A stretch of DNA of 8,080 bases from PVC group bacterium (GTDB lineage: Bacteria > GCA-001730085 > JADFSZ01): positions 1 to 8,080 of the forward strand of contig JADFSZ010000079.1 in NCBI GenBank assembly GCA_022560555.1, written 5' to 3'. Shown here one piece after another: positions 1 through 6,969 of this stretch. The first letter of the stretch is position 1. Every line of letters starts with the position of its first letter. The notes beneath the pieces were generated by a model. That model saw nothing but the letters and a program-made list of their open reading frames with translations. It made no database searches and was not told where the DNA came from. The position numbers were made by a program, and so were the translations under genes.

Positions 1-2
1 TC

Positions 3-653
3 CGGTTTCAAAGCGAAACCCCTAATTTCTATAAAGGATTTTTTTCCATTTCCGGACCAAGACATTACTTAGATATCTTCCCGAAAGACACCGGGAAATT
101 TATTCCGGCCGGAAGTCGTATGTATCTGCAGATTCACTATGCTACGAAAGGAAAAAAAGTGCGCAACCAATTGAAGGTTGGATTGTATTTCCATGATTCA
201 CCTCCAAAAAATGAACTCTATACAAGAACGGCCCAGACGAGTAACATTTTATTGCCGCCTCAGACAAAGTTTATTCCTGTAGAAGCGGTTTTTACTTTAC
301 CAACTGATGCGGTTTTATACGAGTTGATACCTCATATGCACGCTCGTGGAAAAGCATTTAAATATATTGCGCAATTTCCGGATGGTTCCGAAGAGACTCT
401 TTTGTCTGTTCCAAATTATAATTTTTACTGGCAAACGATGTATGAGCTTTCAGAGCCACTGCAAATGCCGAAAGGCACAAAAATTATCGCTAAAGGTGTT
501 TATGATAATTCGGATAAGAATCCGTTAAATCCGGATCCGGATGTGTGGGTGAGGAAGGGGTTCAAAACGACGGACGAAATGTTTATCGGATATATGAACC
601 TAACAAGACCTGTAAAAGACAATTATTCGATTCTAGGTTTCATACCATTATAA
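3..653 (+). CDS. 5'-truncated CDS (continues off the left edge): PHM/DBH-like copper type II ascorbate-dependent monooxygenase-fold protein, covering the end of the N-domain plus the complete C-terminal (CuM) domain
   Basis: I translated the frame of the 120..653 ORF upstream and it stays open to nt 3 (RFQSETPNFYKGFFSISGPRHYLDIFPKDTGKFIPAGSR precedes the listed Met). The M at 120 is therefore probably internal. Stop TAA is at 651-653. Motifs LQIHY, LPPQTK, IPHMHARGK, YNFYWQ, NPDPD and TTDEMFIGY line up with my recollection of rat PHM (LQVHYG, IPPGEK, HTHHLGK, SSDEMCNLY). Confidence 0.6.
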   Translation, partial: RFQSETPNFYKGFFSISGPRHYLDIFPKDTGKFIPAGSRMYLQIHYATKGKKVRNQLKVGLYFHDSPPKNELYTRTAQTSNILLPPQTKFIPVEAVFTLPTDAVLYELIPHMHARGKAFKYIAQFPDGSEETLLSVPNYNFYWQTMYELSEPLQMPKGTKIIAKGVYDNSDKNPLNPDPDVWVRKGFKTTDEMFIGYMNLTRPVKDNYSILGFIPL

Positions 654-657
654 AAAG

Positions 658-731
658 CGTCCCCACGGGGATTTGAACCCCGGTTGCAAGAATGAAAATC
701 TTGAGTCCTGACCAGGCTAGACGATGGGGAC
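658..731 (-). tRNA. tRNA-Glu (anticodon UUC), no encoded CCA
   Basis: Minus-strand read: GTCCCCA TC GTCTAGCCTGGTCAGGAC T CAAGA TTTTCAT TCTTG CAAC CGGGG TTCAAAT CCCCG TGGGGAC G. The acceptor stem is 7 bp (GTCCCCA/TGGGGAC). The anticodon loop is TT-TTC-AT and the T-loop is TTCAAAT. The GTCCCC...GGGGAC ends are typical of bacterial tRNA-Glu. The sequence after the discriminator is CTTTTT, not CCA. Confidence 0.93.
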
Positions 732-736
732 GATTA

Positions 737-809
737 TGAGGGCGGAAGGTCTCGAACCTTCGACAGCCACCTTAAAAGGGTGGTGCTCTACCAACTGAGC
801 TACGCCCCC
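737..809 (-). tRNA. tRNA-Lys (anticodon UUU), no encoded CCA
   Basis: Minus-strand read: GGGGGCG TA GCTC AGTTGGTA GAGC A CCACC CTTTTAA GGTGG CTGTC GAAGG TTCGAGA CCTTC CGCCCTC A. The cloverleaf is complete, with one G2-U71 wobble in the acceptor stem. The anticodon loop is CT-TTT-AA with A37. It lies 5 nt upstream of tRNA-Glu on the same strand. Confidence 0.93.
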
Positions 810-865
810 TCTCAATATCAATTATGAAAGAACAAAAAAATCGCTAATCTTTATACCACAATGCC

Positions 866-1429
866 TTATACTGTCAATATCTCTTTTTCCTTTTTTTCAA
901 ATAATTTGGATAATTCCGCCGTATGATCATCCGTCATTTTTTGCATAATATGTTCGTTGCTTTTGAGGTCATCTTCCGTGATGACTTTGTCCTTTTGAAG
1001 TTTTTTAATCCCATCCAGACCATGCCGGCGCTCATTGCGGATAGCAATCTTCCCGTCTTCAGTTATCTTTTTGATTACTTTGACCAACTCATGCCGGCGC
1101 TCTTCGCTGAGATGAGGAATAACAATCCTAAGGACTTTTCCGTCATTGTTCGGGGTGAGTCCCAGTTGAGACTTTTGGATTGATTTTTCGATCGCCTCAA
1201 GGGCTCCTAGGTCCCAAGGCTGTATGAGAATCACACGGCCCTCTGAAATGGAAATATGTGCCAGTTGATTCAGAGGCATGAGTGTTCCGTAATGCTCAAC
1301 CTGCAATGAATCCACAAGAGAGGTTGAAGGTGATCCGGTTCTTACGGTAAGGAGTTCTTTGGAGATAAGATCCACAGATTTTCGCATTTTTGATTTTGTA
1401 TCGTGTAGTATTTTGTTCGCATCACTCAT
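866..1429 (-). CDS. frr: ribosome recycling factor
   Basis: The 187-aa product aligns by eye along its whole length with E. coli RRF (TVRTGSPSTSLVDSLQVEHYGTLMPLNQLA, LGLTPNNDG, IPHLSEERRHELVK, IRNERRHG). An SD GGAGGG lies 6 nt upstream of the ATG, inside the end of pyrH. This is the canonical position after pyrH. Confidence 0.97.
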   Translation of the reverse strand: MSDANKILHDTKSKMRKSVDLISKELLTVRTGSPSTSLVDSLQVEHYGTLMPLNQLAHISISEGRVILIQPWDLGALEAIEKSIQKSQLGLTPNNDGKVLRIVIPHLSEERRHELVKVIKKITEDGKIAIRNERRHGLDGIKKLQKDKVITEDDLKSNEHIMQKMTDDHTAELSKLFEKKEKEILTV

Positions 1430-1432
1430 AAA

Positions 1433-2158
1433 TTACCCTCCGTTATGAACATTTGTTCCCACCTTTTTCCCTAAAACAGCATTTACTAAATTCCCCTTTT
1501 TCCATAAATCAAAGATGACAAGGGGGAGCTTGTTGTCACGACAGAGCGAAATGGCCGTGGCGTCCATTACCTTTAAATCTTTGTTGAGGATATCAAGAAA
1601 TGACAGGCTAGTAAATTTCTTCGCGCTTTTCATTTTTAAGGGATCCGCGGAGTACACTCCGTCTACTTTTGTTGCTTTGAAAATAACATCGGCCCCGATT
1701 TCAATGGCGCGGAGAACCGCGGCTGTATCAGTTGTGAAATAGGGATTGCCGGTTCCGCCTGCAAAAATAACGATTCGTCCCTTCTCTAAATGACGAATTG
1801 CGCGGCGGCGGATATAGGGTTCTGTTAATTGCGCCATTTCAATCGCACTCATGACGCGTGTGTCCACTCCGTGACGCTCAAGGGCGTTCTGCATGGCCAG
1901 CGCGTTGATAACTGTCGCAAGCATGCCCATATAATCGGCGCATGTGCGTTCAATTCCGTGTTTTTCAAATAGGGATCCCCTGATAATGTTCCCGCCGCCA
2001 AGAACAAGAGCAATTTCAATCTTAAATCGTTTGATGTTTTTAATCAATTTGGCGAGACGGTTGACAGCGGAGACATCAATACCGACGCCCTTAGTTGTTT
2101 GAAGTGATTCTCCGCTTAATTTAAGCAAAATGCGCTTATACTTTGCTTTTGTCGGCAT
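1433..2158 (-). CDS. pyrH: UMP kinase
   Basis: Product has [59 protein letters not shown] and [13 protein letters not shown], the classic UMP kinase/amino-acid kinase fold motifs. The ORF track starts at a TTG (2161). The ATG one codon in (2158..2156) sits 4 nt after an AGGTG SD-like element and overlaps the tsf stop as TGATG, so I prefer 2158. Confidence 0.96.
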   Translation of the reverse strand: MPTKAKYKRILLKLSGESLQTTKGVGIDVSAVNRLAKLIKNIKRFKIEIALVLGGGNIIRGSLFEKHGIERTCADYMGMLATVINALAMQNALERHGVDTRVMSAIEMAQLTEPYIRRRAIRHLEKGRIVIFAGGTGNPYFTTDTAAVLRAIEIGADVIFKATKVDGVYSADPLKMKSAKKFTSLSFLDILNKDLKVMDATAISLCRDNKLPLVIFDLWKKGNLVNAVLGKKVGTNVHNGG

Positions 2159-3033
2159 CAATCACCTAATTGCATACGGTGAAATTGTGAGATTTCGATG
2201 GGAGTCCCGAGAGAGCTAGATTCATTCGTTAAATGTTCTTCGATTGTGATATCCGGATTTTTGACGTAGGGTTGTTTCAGAAGGCAAATAGTATTCAGCA
2301 TCTTTGCGACTTTCCCGGCGATGATTTTTTCCTTGATGTTATCGGGTTTTTTTGGATCAATCTGTGATGAAAAAATATCCTTTTCCTTTTCAATAAGGTC
2401 ATCAGGGACATTGTCCGGCCGGATATATTGAGGAGAACTGGCCGCGATATGCATGGCGACATCCTTGAGGAGCCCTTTGATCAGATCATTATCGATCGAG
2501 CCTTCCTTGGCATACCCCTCAACGATGACTCCCAGTTTAGAACCCGCGTGAATATAAATCTGAAATAAAGAATTGGGCTCTATCGGTGAGACTTTGATAA
2601 GCTTTTTCAAAACAATATTTTCCCCGATCGTAGCGATTTGCGATTTCACGGCATCGGACACAGTTTGAGTGGAATCTCCGTTGAAATTCTGACTCAAGAG
2701 TTCATCCAGGCTTGACGGATCGTTCTTGATGATGTGATTTTTGATCTGTGTGACAAAATCGACAAACTTCTCATTCCTTGCTACAAAATCCGTTTCACAG
2801 TTTACTTCAATTATATAAGCGGCATCCTTATTGTGATTCAGGGCGATTTCAATGCGGCCTTCTTTAGCCGCGCGGCCGGCTCTCGCATCGGCTTTCATGA
2901 TTCCTTTTTTGCGAAGATAGATAACGGCCTCATCAATATTACCGTTTGTTTGTTTAAGAGCCTCCTTGCAATCCATGAAACCGATGTTTGTTTTGTCTCT
3001 TAATTCTTTTACTGTGGCTGCATTAACGCTCAT
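2158..3033 (-). CDS. tsf: translation elongation factor Ts
   Basis: From Met14 of the listed ORF the product reads [44 protein letters not shown], matching the EF-Ts N-terminal UBA-like domain (E. coli [27 protein letters not shown]). AGAGGAG lies 10 nt upstream of the ATG at 3033. The 13 extra residues in the track (MNLPHQKKRSYHK) have no EF-Ts counterpart. Stop TGA is at 2160..2158. Confidence 0.95.
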   Translation of the reverse strand: MSVNAATVKELRDKTNIGFMDCKEALKQTNGNIDEAVIYLRKKGIMKADARAGRAAKEGRIEIALNHNKDAAYIIEVNCETDFVARNEKFVDFVTQIKNHIIKNDPSSLDELLSQNFNGDSTQTVSDAVKSQIATIGENIVLKKLIKVSPIEPNSLFQIYIHAGSKLGVIVEGYAKEGSIDNDLIKGLLKDVAMHIAASSPQYIRPDNVPDDLIEKEKDIFSSQIDPKKPDNIKEKIIAGKVAKMLNTICLLKQPYVKNPDITIEEHLTNESSSLGTPIEISQFHRMQLGD

Positions 3034-3985
3034 TTTGTGATAACTCCTCTTTTTTTGGTGTGGGAGATTCACCTTGCGTTCTTTTCTCGGCAGGGTTTTT
3101 TTTAGTTTGATCTTTGTTTACGGTTTCGGTGTCGGGCGAACTGTTTTCAGGGGCTTTTTGCGTCGAAGCTGTTTTCGATTTTTTCTTTTCCGCATCAGCT
3201 TTGGCTTTTTCTTCTTTTTGTTTCGCCTTTTCCTCCTCGGCTTTCTTTTCTTCTTCTTTCGCTTTTCTGGCTTCTTCTTCTGCCACGGCCTTAGCCCACG
3301 TGTTTTTTCCTTCAATGATGCCCTCGGCAAGAGTTTTCGTAATGAGCTCGATGGATTTGATGGCATCATCATTCCCCGGAATGCAATAGTCTATCCCGTC
3401 GGGATTCGCGATGGTGTCCACTATAGCGACAATGGGAATGCCAAGCTTTTGGGCTTCATGAATGGCGATATCCTCTTTTTTGGAGTCGACAATGTAGATA
3501 GCTGACGGCAGGTGGTGCATTTCTGCTACGCCCCCAAGGTATCGCTCAAGTTTTAGGCGTCTTTTATTAAGGATAGAAAGCTCTTTTTTTGTAAATTTTT
3601 GACTTTGTTCGTCGGTATCAAGATTTTTCAATTCTGCCAGTTTATTTGAACTTTTTTTGATTGTTTCATAATTTGTCAGCATGCCTCCAAGCCAGCGATC
3701 ATTGACAAAATACATGCCGCTTTTAACGGCATAATCCTGAATGATGGATTTGGCCTGTTTTTTTGTGCCGACAAAAAGGATTGTGCCGCCTTTTGAGGCG
3801 ATATTTTTGAGGAAATGGTAAGCTTTATCGATGTTTTGGGCCGTTTTTTGGAGATCCAGAATGTAGATGCCGTTTCTTTCGCAAAAAATATATCGCTCCA
3901 TTTTTGGATTCCAACGCCGTGTTTGATGTCCAAAATGAACCCCAGCCTCTAATAGGTCTTTCATAGATATTACTGACAAAATCAT
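3023..3985 (-). CDS. rpsB: 30S ribosomal protein S2 with an unusually long Lys/Glu-rich C-terminal extension
   Basis: SMKDLLEAGVHFGHQTRRWNPKM, ILFVGTKKQA, NDRWLGGMLTN and VDTIANPDGIDYCIPGNDDAIKS are S2 hallmarks. The conserved core ends near residue 235 and is followed by about 85 aa of charged low-complexity tail. The start is ambiguous. AAGGAGG lies only 1 nt before the ATG at 3985, while the in-frame TTG at 3979 has a 7-nt spacing. Confidence 0.95.
   Translation of the reverse strand: MILSVISMKDLLEAGVHFGHQTRRWNPKMERYIFCERNGIYILDLQKTAQNIDKAYHFLKNIASKGGTILFVGTKKQAKSIIQDYAVKSGMYFVNDRWLGGMLTNYETIKKSSNKLAELKNLDTDEQSQKFTKKELSILNKRRLKLERYLGGVAEMHHLPSAIYIVDSKKEDIAIHEAQKLGIPIVAIVDTIANPDGIDYCIPGNDDAIKSIELITKTLAEGIIEGKNTWAKAVAEEEARKAKEEEKKAEEEKAKQKEEKAKADAEKKKSKTASTQKAPENSSPDTETVNKDQTKKNPAEKRTQGESPTPKKEELSQNER
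3026..3280 (-). other. low-complexity K/E/A-rich tail-coding segment of rpsB (purine-rich on the coding strand)
   Basis: Encodes [88 protein letters not shown]. The compositional bias leaves other frames and the opposite strand stop-free. That explains the overlapping ORFs 3074..3505, 3114..3389 and 3118..3372 in the track. Confidence 0.85.
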
Positions 3986-4055
3986 GCCTCCTTCAGGTCT
4001 GTGCCGAGTTGTACACTTCGTAATGTTAATATGGGTTTCGAGTTACGAGCGTGAA

Positions 4056-4084
4056 ATAATATCATACCTCATTCGTATTGGCAA
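4056..4084 (-). promoter_or_regulatory. candidate sigma70-type promoter of the rpsB operon (extended -10)
   Basis: Minus-strand read: TTGCCA (4084..4079), 17-nt spacer, TATTAT (4061..4056), with TG at 4064..4063 giving TGaTATTAT. This predicts a 5' UTR of about 60 nt ahead of the rpsB SD. Confidence 0.5.
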
Positions 4085-4139
4085 GTGAATTTGAATCGAT
4101 TTTCATGGGGGGCATAAAATGTTTGTAACCTTATTAACG

Positions 4140-5468
4140 TTAATTATTAACGTACTTTGATTTTACATAATTAAGGGCGTCCTGTTTGCGAGAAAGTTTG
4201 CTCTCTAACTGTAACGTTTCCAGCTCATTAAGAATGATTTTGAATTGCGGTCCCGGACGGAGGCCCATGCGGATCAGGTCATGACCGCTGATAAGGGGTG
4301 GCGGGCGTAAAACTTCTTTAGCCGAAAGGGCTTTGAACTGCTTTAGTTTCTTACGGCAATACCTCCAGTTGGAAATATCTCCGTGACTCGCCAGGCAATC
4401 TAGACGATGGAGTTCTAAATGATCGTCAAAGTGGTCCATGCGTAAGAATCGCTTCAATGTACTTTCCCTCATTTTTTTAACGTCGATGAAACGCATATGA
4501 TTTTTTACAAGTTCGCCTATCTGCTCTGTTGTGTTGAGAGGGAGTTTCAGGCGCATGCAAATATTGTGAGCCATAAGGCAACCGATTTCAACATGACCGT
4601 CAAAACGAATACGGTCTTTTATCGTCTGTGTTTTAGGTTTGCCCACATCATGAAGAAGCGCGCCAAAAGCAAGTGTGCATGAAAGATTTTTACTATAAGA
4701 GAAAAGTCCAAGGGTGTGGTTAAAGACATCGCCTAATTTGTGAAATTGCGGGGGTTGTTTGACTCCGATCATGAGTTCGATCTCCGGCAAAATATGTTTA
4801 AGAAGTCCTGACTTCTGTAAAAGAATGAGACCTTTTTCAGGATCCGGTCCTGTGAGGATTTTGATGAGTTCGTCCCGAATCCGCTCGGCAGAAATTTTTG
4901 AAATATTTTTAGAGCAAGATTTGATGGCTCGAAGTGTTTGAGGCGCCATTTTGAATTTTAATTGAACGGAAAATCTTACGGCCCTGAGCATGCGTAAATA
5001 GTCCTCTTTGAATCTTTTCGCCGGCTCCCCAATGGTGCGTATGAGTCTTTTTTTAATATCTTTTTGACCCTGGCTATAATCAATAATGGACTTTTTATCA
5101 ATATCATAGAGGAGTCCATTCACTGTAAAATCACGGCGAAGCACATCCTCTTTTTCATTGGTAAAGCGAATTTTGGTCGGGTGACGACCGTCGCGATAGC
5201 CGATATCTTTGCGGAACGTTGCAAGCTCATATTCTTTTTTATTGACTATCACACGGACGACCCCGAATTTTGCCCCGATAAAATTGCATTTCTTAAATAT
5301 CTTTCGGATATCATCGGGATGAGCGTCTGTTGTGATATCATAATCGATGGGAGGACACTTCATAACAAGATCACGTACGCATCCGCCAACGAGGTAGGCT
5401 TTGTAACCACGTTTTTTTAGCTTGTTGATGATGTCTCTGGCATCACGTGGAATACGGAATTTCGGCAT
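4140..5468 (-). CDS. cca: class II tRNA nucleotidyltransferase (CCA-adding enzyme / poly(A) polymerase family) with C-terminal HD domain
   Basis: Product has GGCVRDLVM...DYDITT (GGxVRD and DxD catalytic motifs), ATFRKDIGYRDGRHP and EDVLRRDFTVNGL (class II head-domain motifs), then HKLGDVFNHT...LLHDVGKP (HD domain). CCA-adding activity cannot be separated from CC-/A-adding or poly(A) polymerase activity by eye. No convincing SD precedes the ATG. Confidence 0.85.
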   Translation of the reverse strand: MPKFRIPRDARDIINKLKKRGYKAYLVGGCVRDLVMKCPPIDYDITTDAHPDDIRKIFKKCNFIGAKFGVVRVIVNKKEYELATFRKDIGYRDGRHPTKIRFTNEKEDVLRRDFTVNGLLYDIDKKSIIDYSQGQKDIKKRLIRTIGEPAKRFKEDYLRMLRAVRFSVQLKFKMAPQTLRAIKSCSKNISKISAERIRDELIKILTGPDPEKGLILLQKSGLLKHILPEIELMIGVKQPPQFHKLGDVFNHTLGLFSYSKNLSCTLAFGALLHDVGKPKTQTIKDRIRFDGHVEIGCLMAHNICMRLKLPLNTTEQIGELVKNHMRFIDVKKMRESTLKRFLRMDHFDDHLELHRLDCLASHGDISNWRYCRKKLKQFKALSAKEVLRPPPLISGHDLIRMGLRPGPQFKIILNELETLQLESKLSRKQDALNYVKSKYVNN

Positions 5469-5540
5469 GGGACGGTATCTTACCAGATGCTTTGAAGATT
5501 ACAAGAGTGATTGGGACGATCTGACAATCATAAAAAAGCC

Positions 5541-5570
5541 TTGACCCTTCTTTTTGACCTCTTGTATAAT
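5541..5570 (+). promoter_or_regulatory. candidate near-consensus sigma70 promoter upstream of tRNA-Phe/tsaE-tsaB
   Basis: TTGACC (5541-5546), 18-nt spacer, TATAAT (5565-5570). This predicts a start near 5577, about 105 nt upstream of the tRNA 5' end. A weaker second candidate is TTGACA (5606-5611), 17 nt, TAAGGT (5629-5634). Confidence 0.5.
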
Positions 5571-5683
5571 TCCGTTCTCGCTTTGGATTGATGTCTATAT
5601 GAATATTGACATTGATCGACGCAAGGCTTAAGGTGGTGTTTCCTTTAGAAATAAATGGTGCCGTATATTGTTTTGCGATTGGT

Positions 5684-5759
<76 letters not shown>

Positions 5760-5795
5760 TATTACTAACATGTCCAGCAGCAACCAAGCCCGAAT

Positions 5796-6278
5796 ATGCC
5801 GACAAACCAAGTCATAGTGTCACATAGTCCGGAAGAAACGATGCGCCTTGCCGGTGTTTGGTCAACACTTGTCGAGCAAAAGGGCGCGATTGGTCTGACG
5901 GGTGACATTGGAAGCGGAAAAACCGTCTTTGTTAAAGGCCTTGCCGTGGCTCTTGGCATGGAAGCGACTCTGGTGACAAGTCCGACTTTCACGCTCATTC
6001 ACGAGTACCCGGGAAAAACACCGTTGTTTCATTTTGATGTTTATCGAATGAATGACAAAAATGATGTATTTGGTATTGGGGTGGACGAATATTTTTCCAA
6101 AGATGGTATCGTGGCGATAGAATGGGCTGACAAAGTCCGCCCTGTTTTTTTAAAGAGTTATACGTGGGTCGAATTTTCGTTTGTAGCAGAGAAATCGCGT
6201 AAGTTAAAATTTTTTGGATATGGAGATCATAGCCGTGTTATCCGGGCCCTGTCCGAACAATGTGAAAATGCGCAATGA
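5796..6278 (+). CDS. tsaE: tRNA t6A37 biosynthesis ATPase TsaE (YjeE family)
   Basis: The 160-aa product has the Walker A LTGDIGSGKTVFVKGL, followed by SPTFTLIHEY, HFDVYR and IEWA. These are collinear with E. coli YjeE (YGDLGAGKTTF, SPTYTLVEPY, HFDLYR, VEWP). The ATGA overlap with tsaB is at 6275-6278. Confidence 0.9.
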   Translation: MPTNQVIVSHSPEETMRLAGVWSTLVEQKGAIGLTGDIGSGKTVFVKGLAVALGMEATLVTSPTFTLIHEYPGKTPLFHFDVYRMNDKNDVFGIGVDEYFSKDGIVAIEWADKVRPVFLKSYTWVEFSFVAEKSRKLKFFGYGDHSRVIRALSEQCENAQ

Positions 6279-6928
6279 AAATCTTGGCTTTAGAAACATC
6301 AAGTTCCTGTGTGAACATTGGGCTTTGTCTTGATTCGGGAATGATTTTTGAGGAAAGTCTGCTTAACCGCGGGTCTCAGTTTATCTTAGGAGCTGTGGAC
6401 AAGCTGCTTAAAGACGCCCGGATAAAACTGGACGATGTTGATGTGTTTGGGATTTCTGTAGGACCGGGTTCTTTTACAGGCTTGCGCGTGGGCTTGAGTT
6501 TTGCTAAGGGCTTTTCTTATTCTTGCCGAAGGCCGCTTGTCGCGGTTGAGAGTTTGAAAGTGTGGGCATCTCCCCTCTGCCGGAAGTCAACAAACATTGT
6601 TGTTTTACTCGATGCCAAAAGAACGTGTGTTTACGGCCAGGCGTTTTTATGTCAAAATGGAATCCCTAAGGCTATTCATGAACCGTTTATGGGGCCGGTC
6701 AAGGACTTTCTAGCGCAAGTGCCGCGGGAATCCGTTTTTGTGGGAAGCGCGTGCGGATTGTATGAAAAAGAGATTCGAGAAATGTTTTCAGATAGCGAAA
6801 AAATCTTTATAGAAAAACAAAATACTCCAAAAGCAAAGGATCTTATTGCGCTCGTTTTACATGACGCGAAAAATAAAAAAATAGAATTTAATCCTGAGGC
6901 TTGTGTTACCCCCATTTATTTCTGGTAG
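6275..6928 (+). CDS. tsaB: tRNA t6A37 biosynthesis protein TsaB (YeaZ family, inactive Kae1/TsaD paralogue)
   Basis: MKILALETSSS at the N-terminus and GISVGPGSFTGLRVGLSFAKG match the YeaZ signature (E. coli MRILAIDTATE, GRGPGSFTGVRIGIGIAQG). Size (217 aa) and position directly after tsaE are both typical. Confidence 0.9.
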   Translation: MKILALETSSSCVNIGLCLDSGMIFEESLLNRGSQFILGAVDKLLKDARIKLDDVDVFGISVGPGSFTGLRVGLSFAKGFSYSCRRPLVAVESLKVWASPLCRKSTNIVVLLDAKRTCVYGQAFLCQNGIPKAIHEPFMGPVKDFLAQVPRESVFVGSACGLYEKEIREMFSDSEKIFIEKQNTPKAKDLIALVLHDAKNKKIEFNPEACVTPIYFW

Positions 6929-6969
6929 CCTTGAGACGAATATGATTGGACACAAGGGAGAGTCTTGTA

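Noticed and set aside
3034-3072. A 13-codon N-terminal extension of tsf (MNLPHQKKRSYHK) as listed in the ORF track.
   Set aside because: EF-Ts homology begins at Met14. That ATG has a well-spaced AGAGGAG SD, and the extension would lie deep inside the rpsB coding sequence.
3074-3505. Three overlapping ORFs in the track (3074..3505 +, 3114..3389 +, 3118..3372 -) with Phe/Ser-rich or Lys/Arg-rich products.
   Set aside because: They lie within or antisense to the purine-rich low-complexity S2 tail-coding segment, where the compositional bias removes stop codons in several frames. The products are homopolymer-like, and none has an SD or promoter.
3986-4049. The rpsB 5' UTR as a possible S2-binding autoregulatory leader structure.
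   Set aside because: I found only short or weak pairings (CGTAA...TTACG with a 19-nt loop, and a duplicated AACTCG). I recall the known S2 autoregulatory leader being described in gammaproteobacteria, and I cannot recognise it here. This needs covariation analysis and cannot be asserted.
4099-4121. A hairpin downstream of cca on the minus strand (UUUUAUG-CCCCC-CAUGAAA, 7 bp including one G-U pair) as a possible cca terminator.
   Set aside because: The stem is AU-rich and weak, and it is followed by AAUCGAUUC, not a U tract. It is not a convincing intrinsic terminator, so cca may simply read into the rpsB promoter region.
5064-5420. A 118-aa plus-strand ORF antisense to cca. The same applies to 4497..4682 and 4759..4941 inside cca, 346..528 inside the PHM-like gene, 923..1183 in frr, 1515..1742 in pyrH, 2734..3003 in tsf, 3676..3933 in rpsB and 6676..6915 in tsaB.
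   Set aside because: These are shadow ORFs opposite to, or out of frame with, strongly supported genes. The products are hydrophobic or low-complexity with no motifs and no translation signals.
5508-5530. A 6-bp inverted repeat TGATTG-N11-CAATCA overlapping a possible cca promoter (TTGTCA at 5527..5522, 18 nt, TGTAAT at 5503..5498). Recurring GATTG/ATTGA(T/C) words also occur in the tRNA-Phe leader (5586-5616, 5677-5681).
   Set aside because: The arms are only 6 bp and the words are 5-6-mers in AT-rich intergenic DNA, which is easily produced by chance. With no comparative conservation data I cannot call an operator. The cca promoter guess is too weak to list as a feature.
5654-5664. The 8-nt match TGGTGCCG (5657-5664) to the leader/5' acceptor sequence of tRNA-Phe (5682-5689), as a possible remnant of a duplicated tRNA or an integration att site.
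   Set aside because: The similarity does not extend beyond 8 nt. No cloverleaf can be folded around it and no mobile-element genes are nearby.
6946-6969. The TTG start at 6946 for the DUF212 protein, as given in the ORF track.
   Set aside because: The ATG at 6970 is preceded by AAGGGAG at an ideal 9-nt spacing. That SD would lie inside the coding sequence if the TTG were used, and the TTG has no SD of its own.
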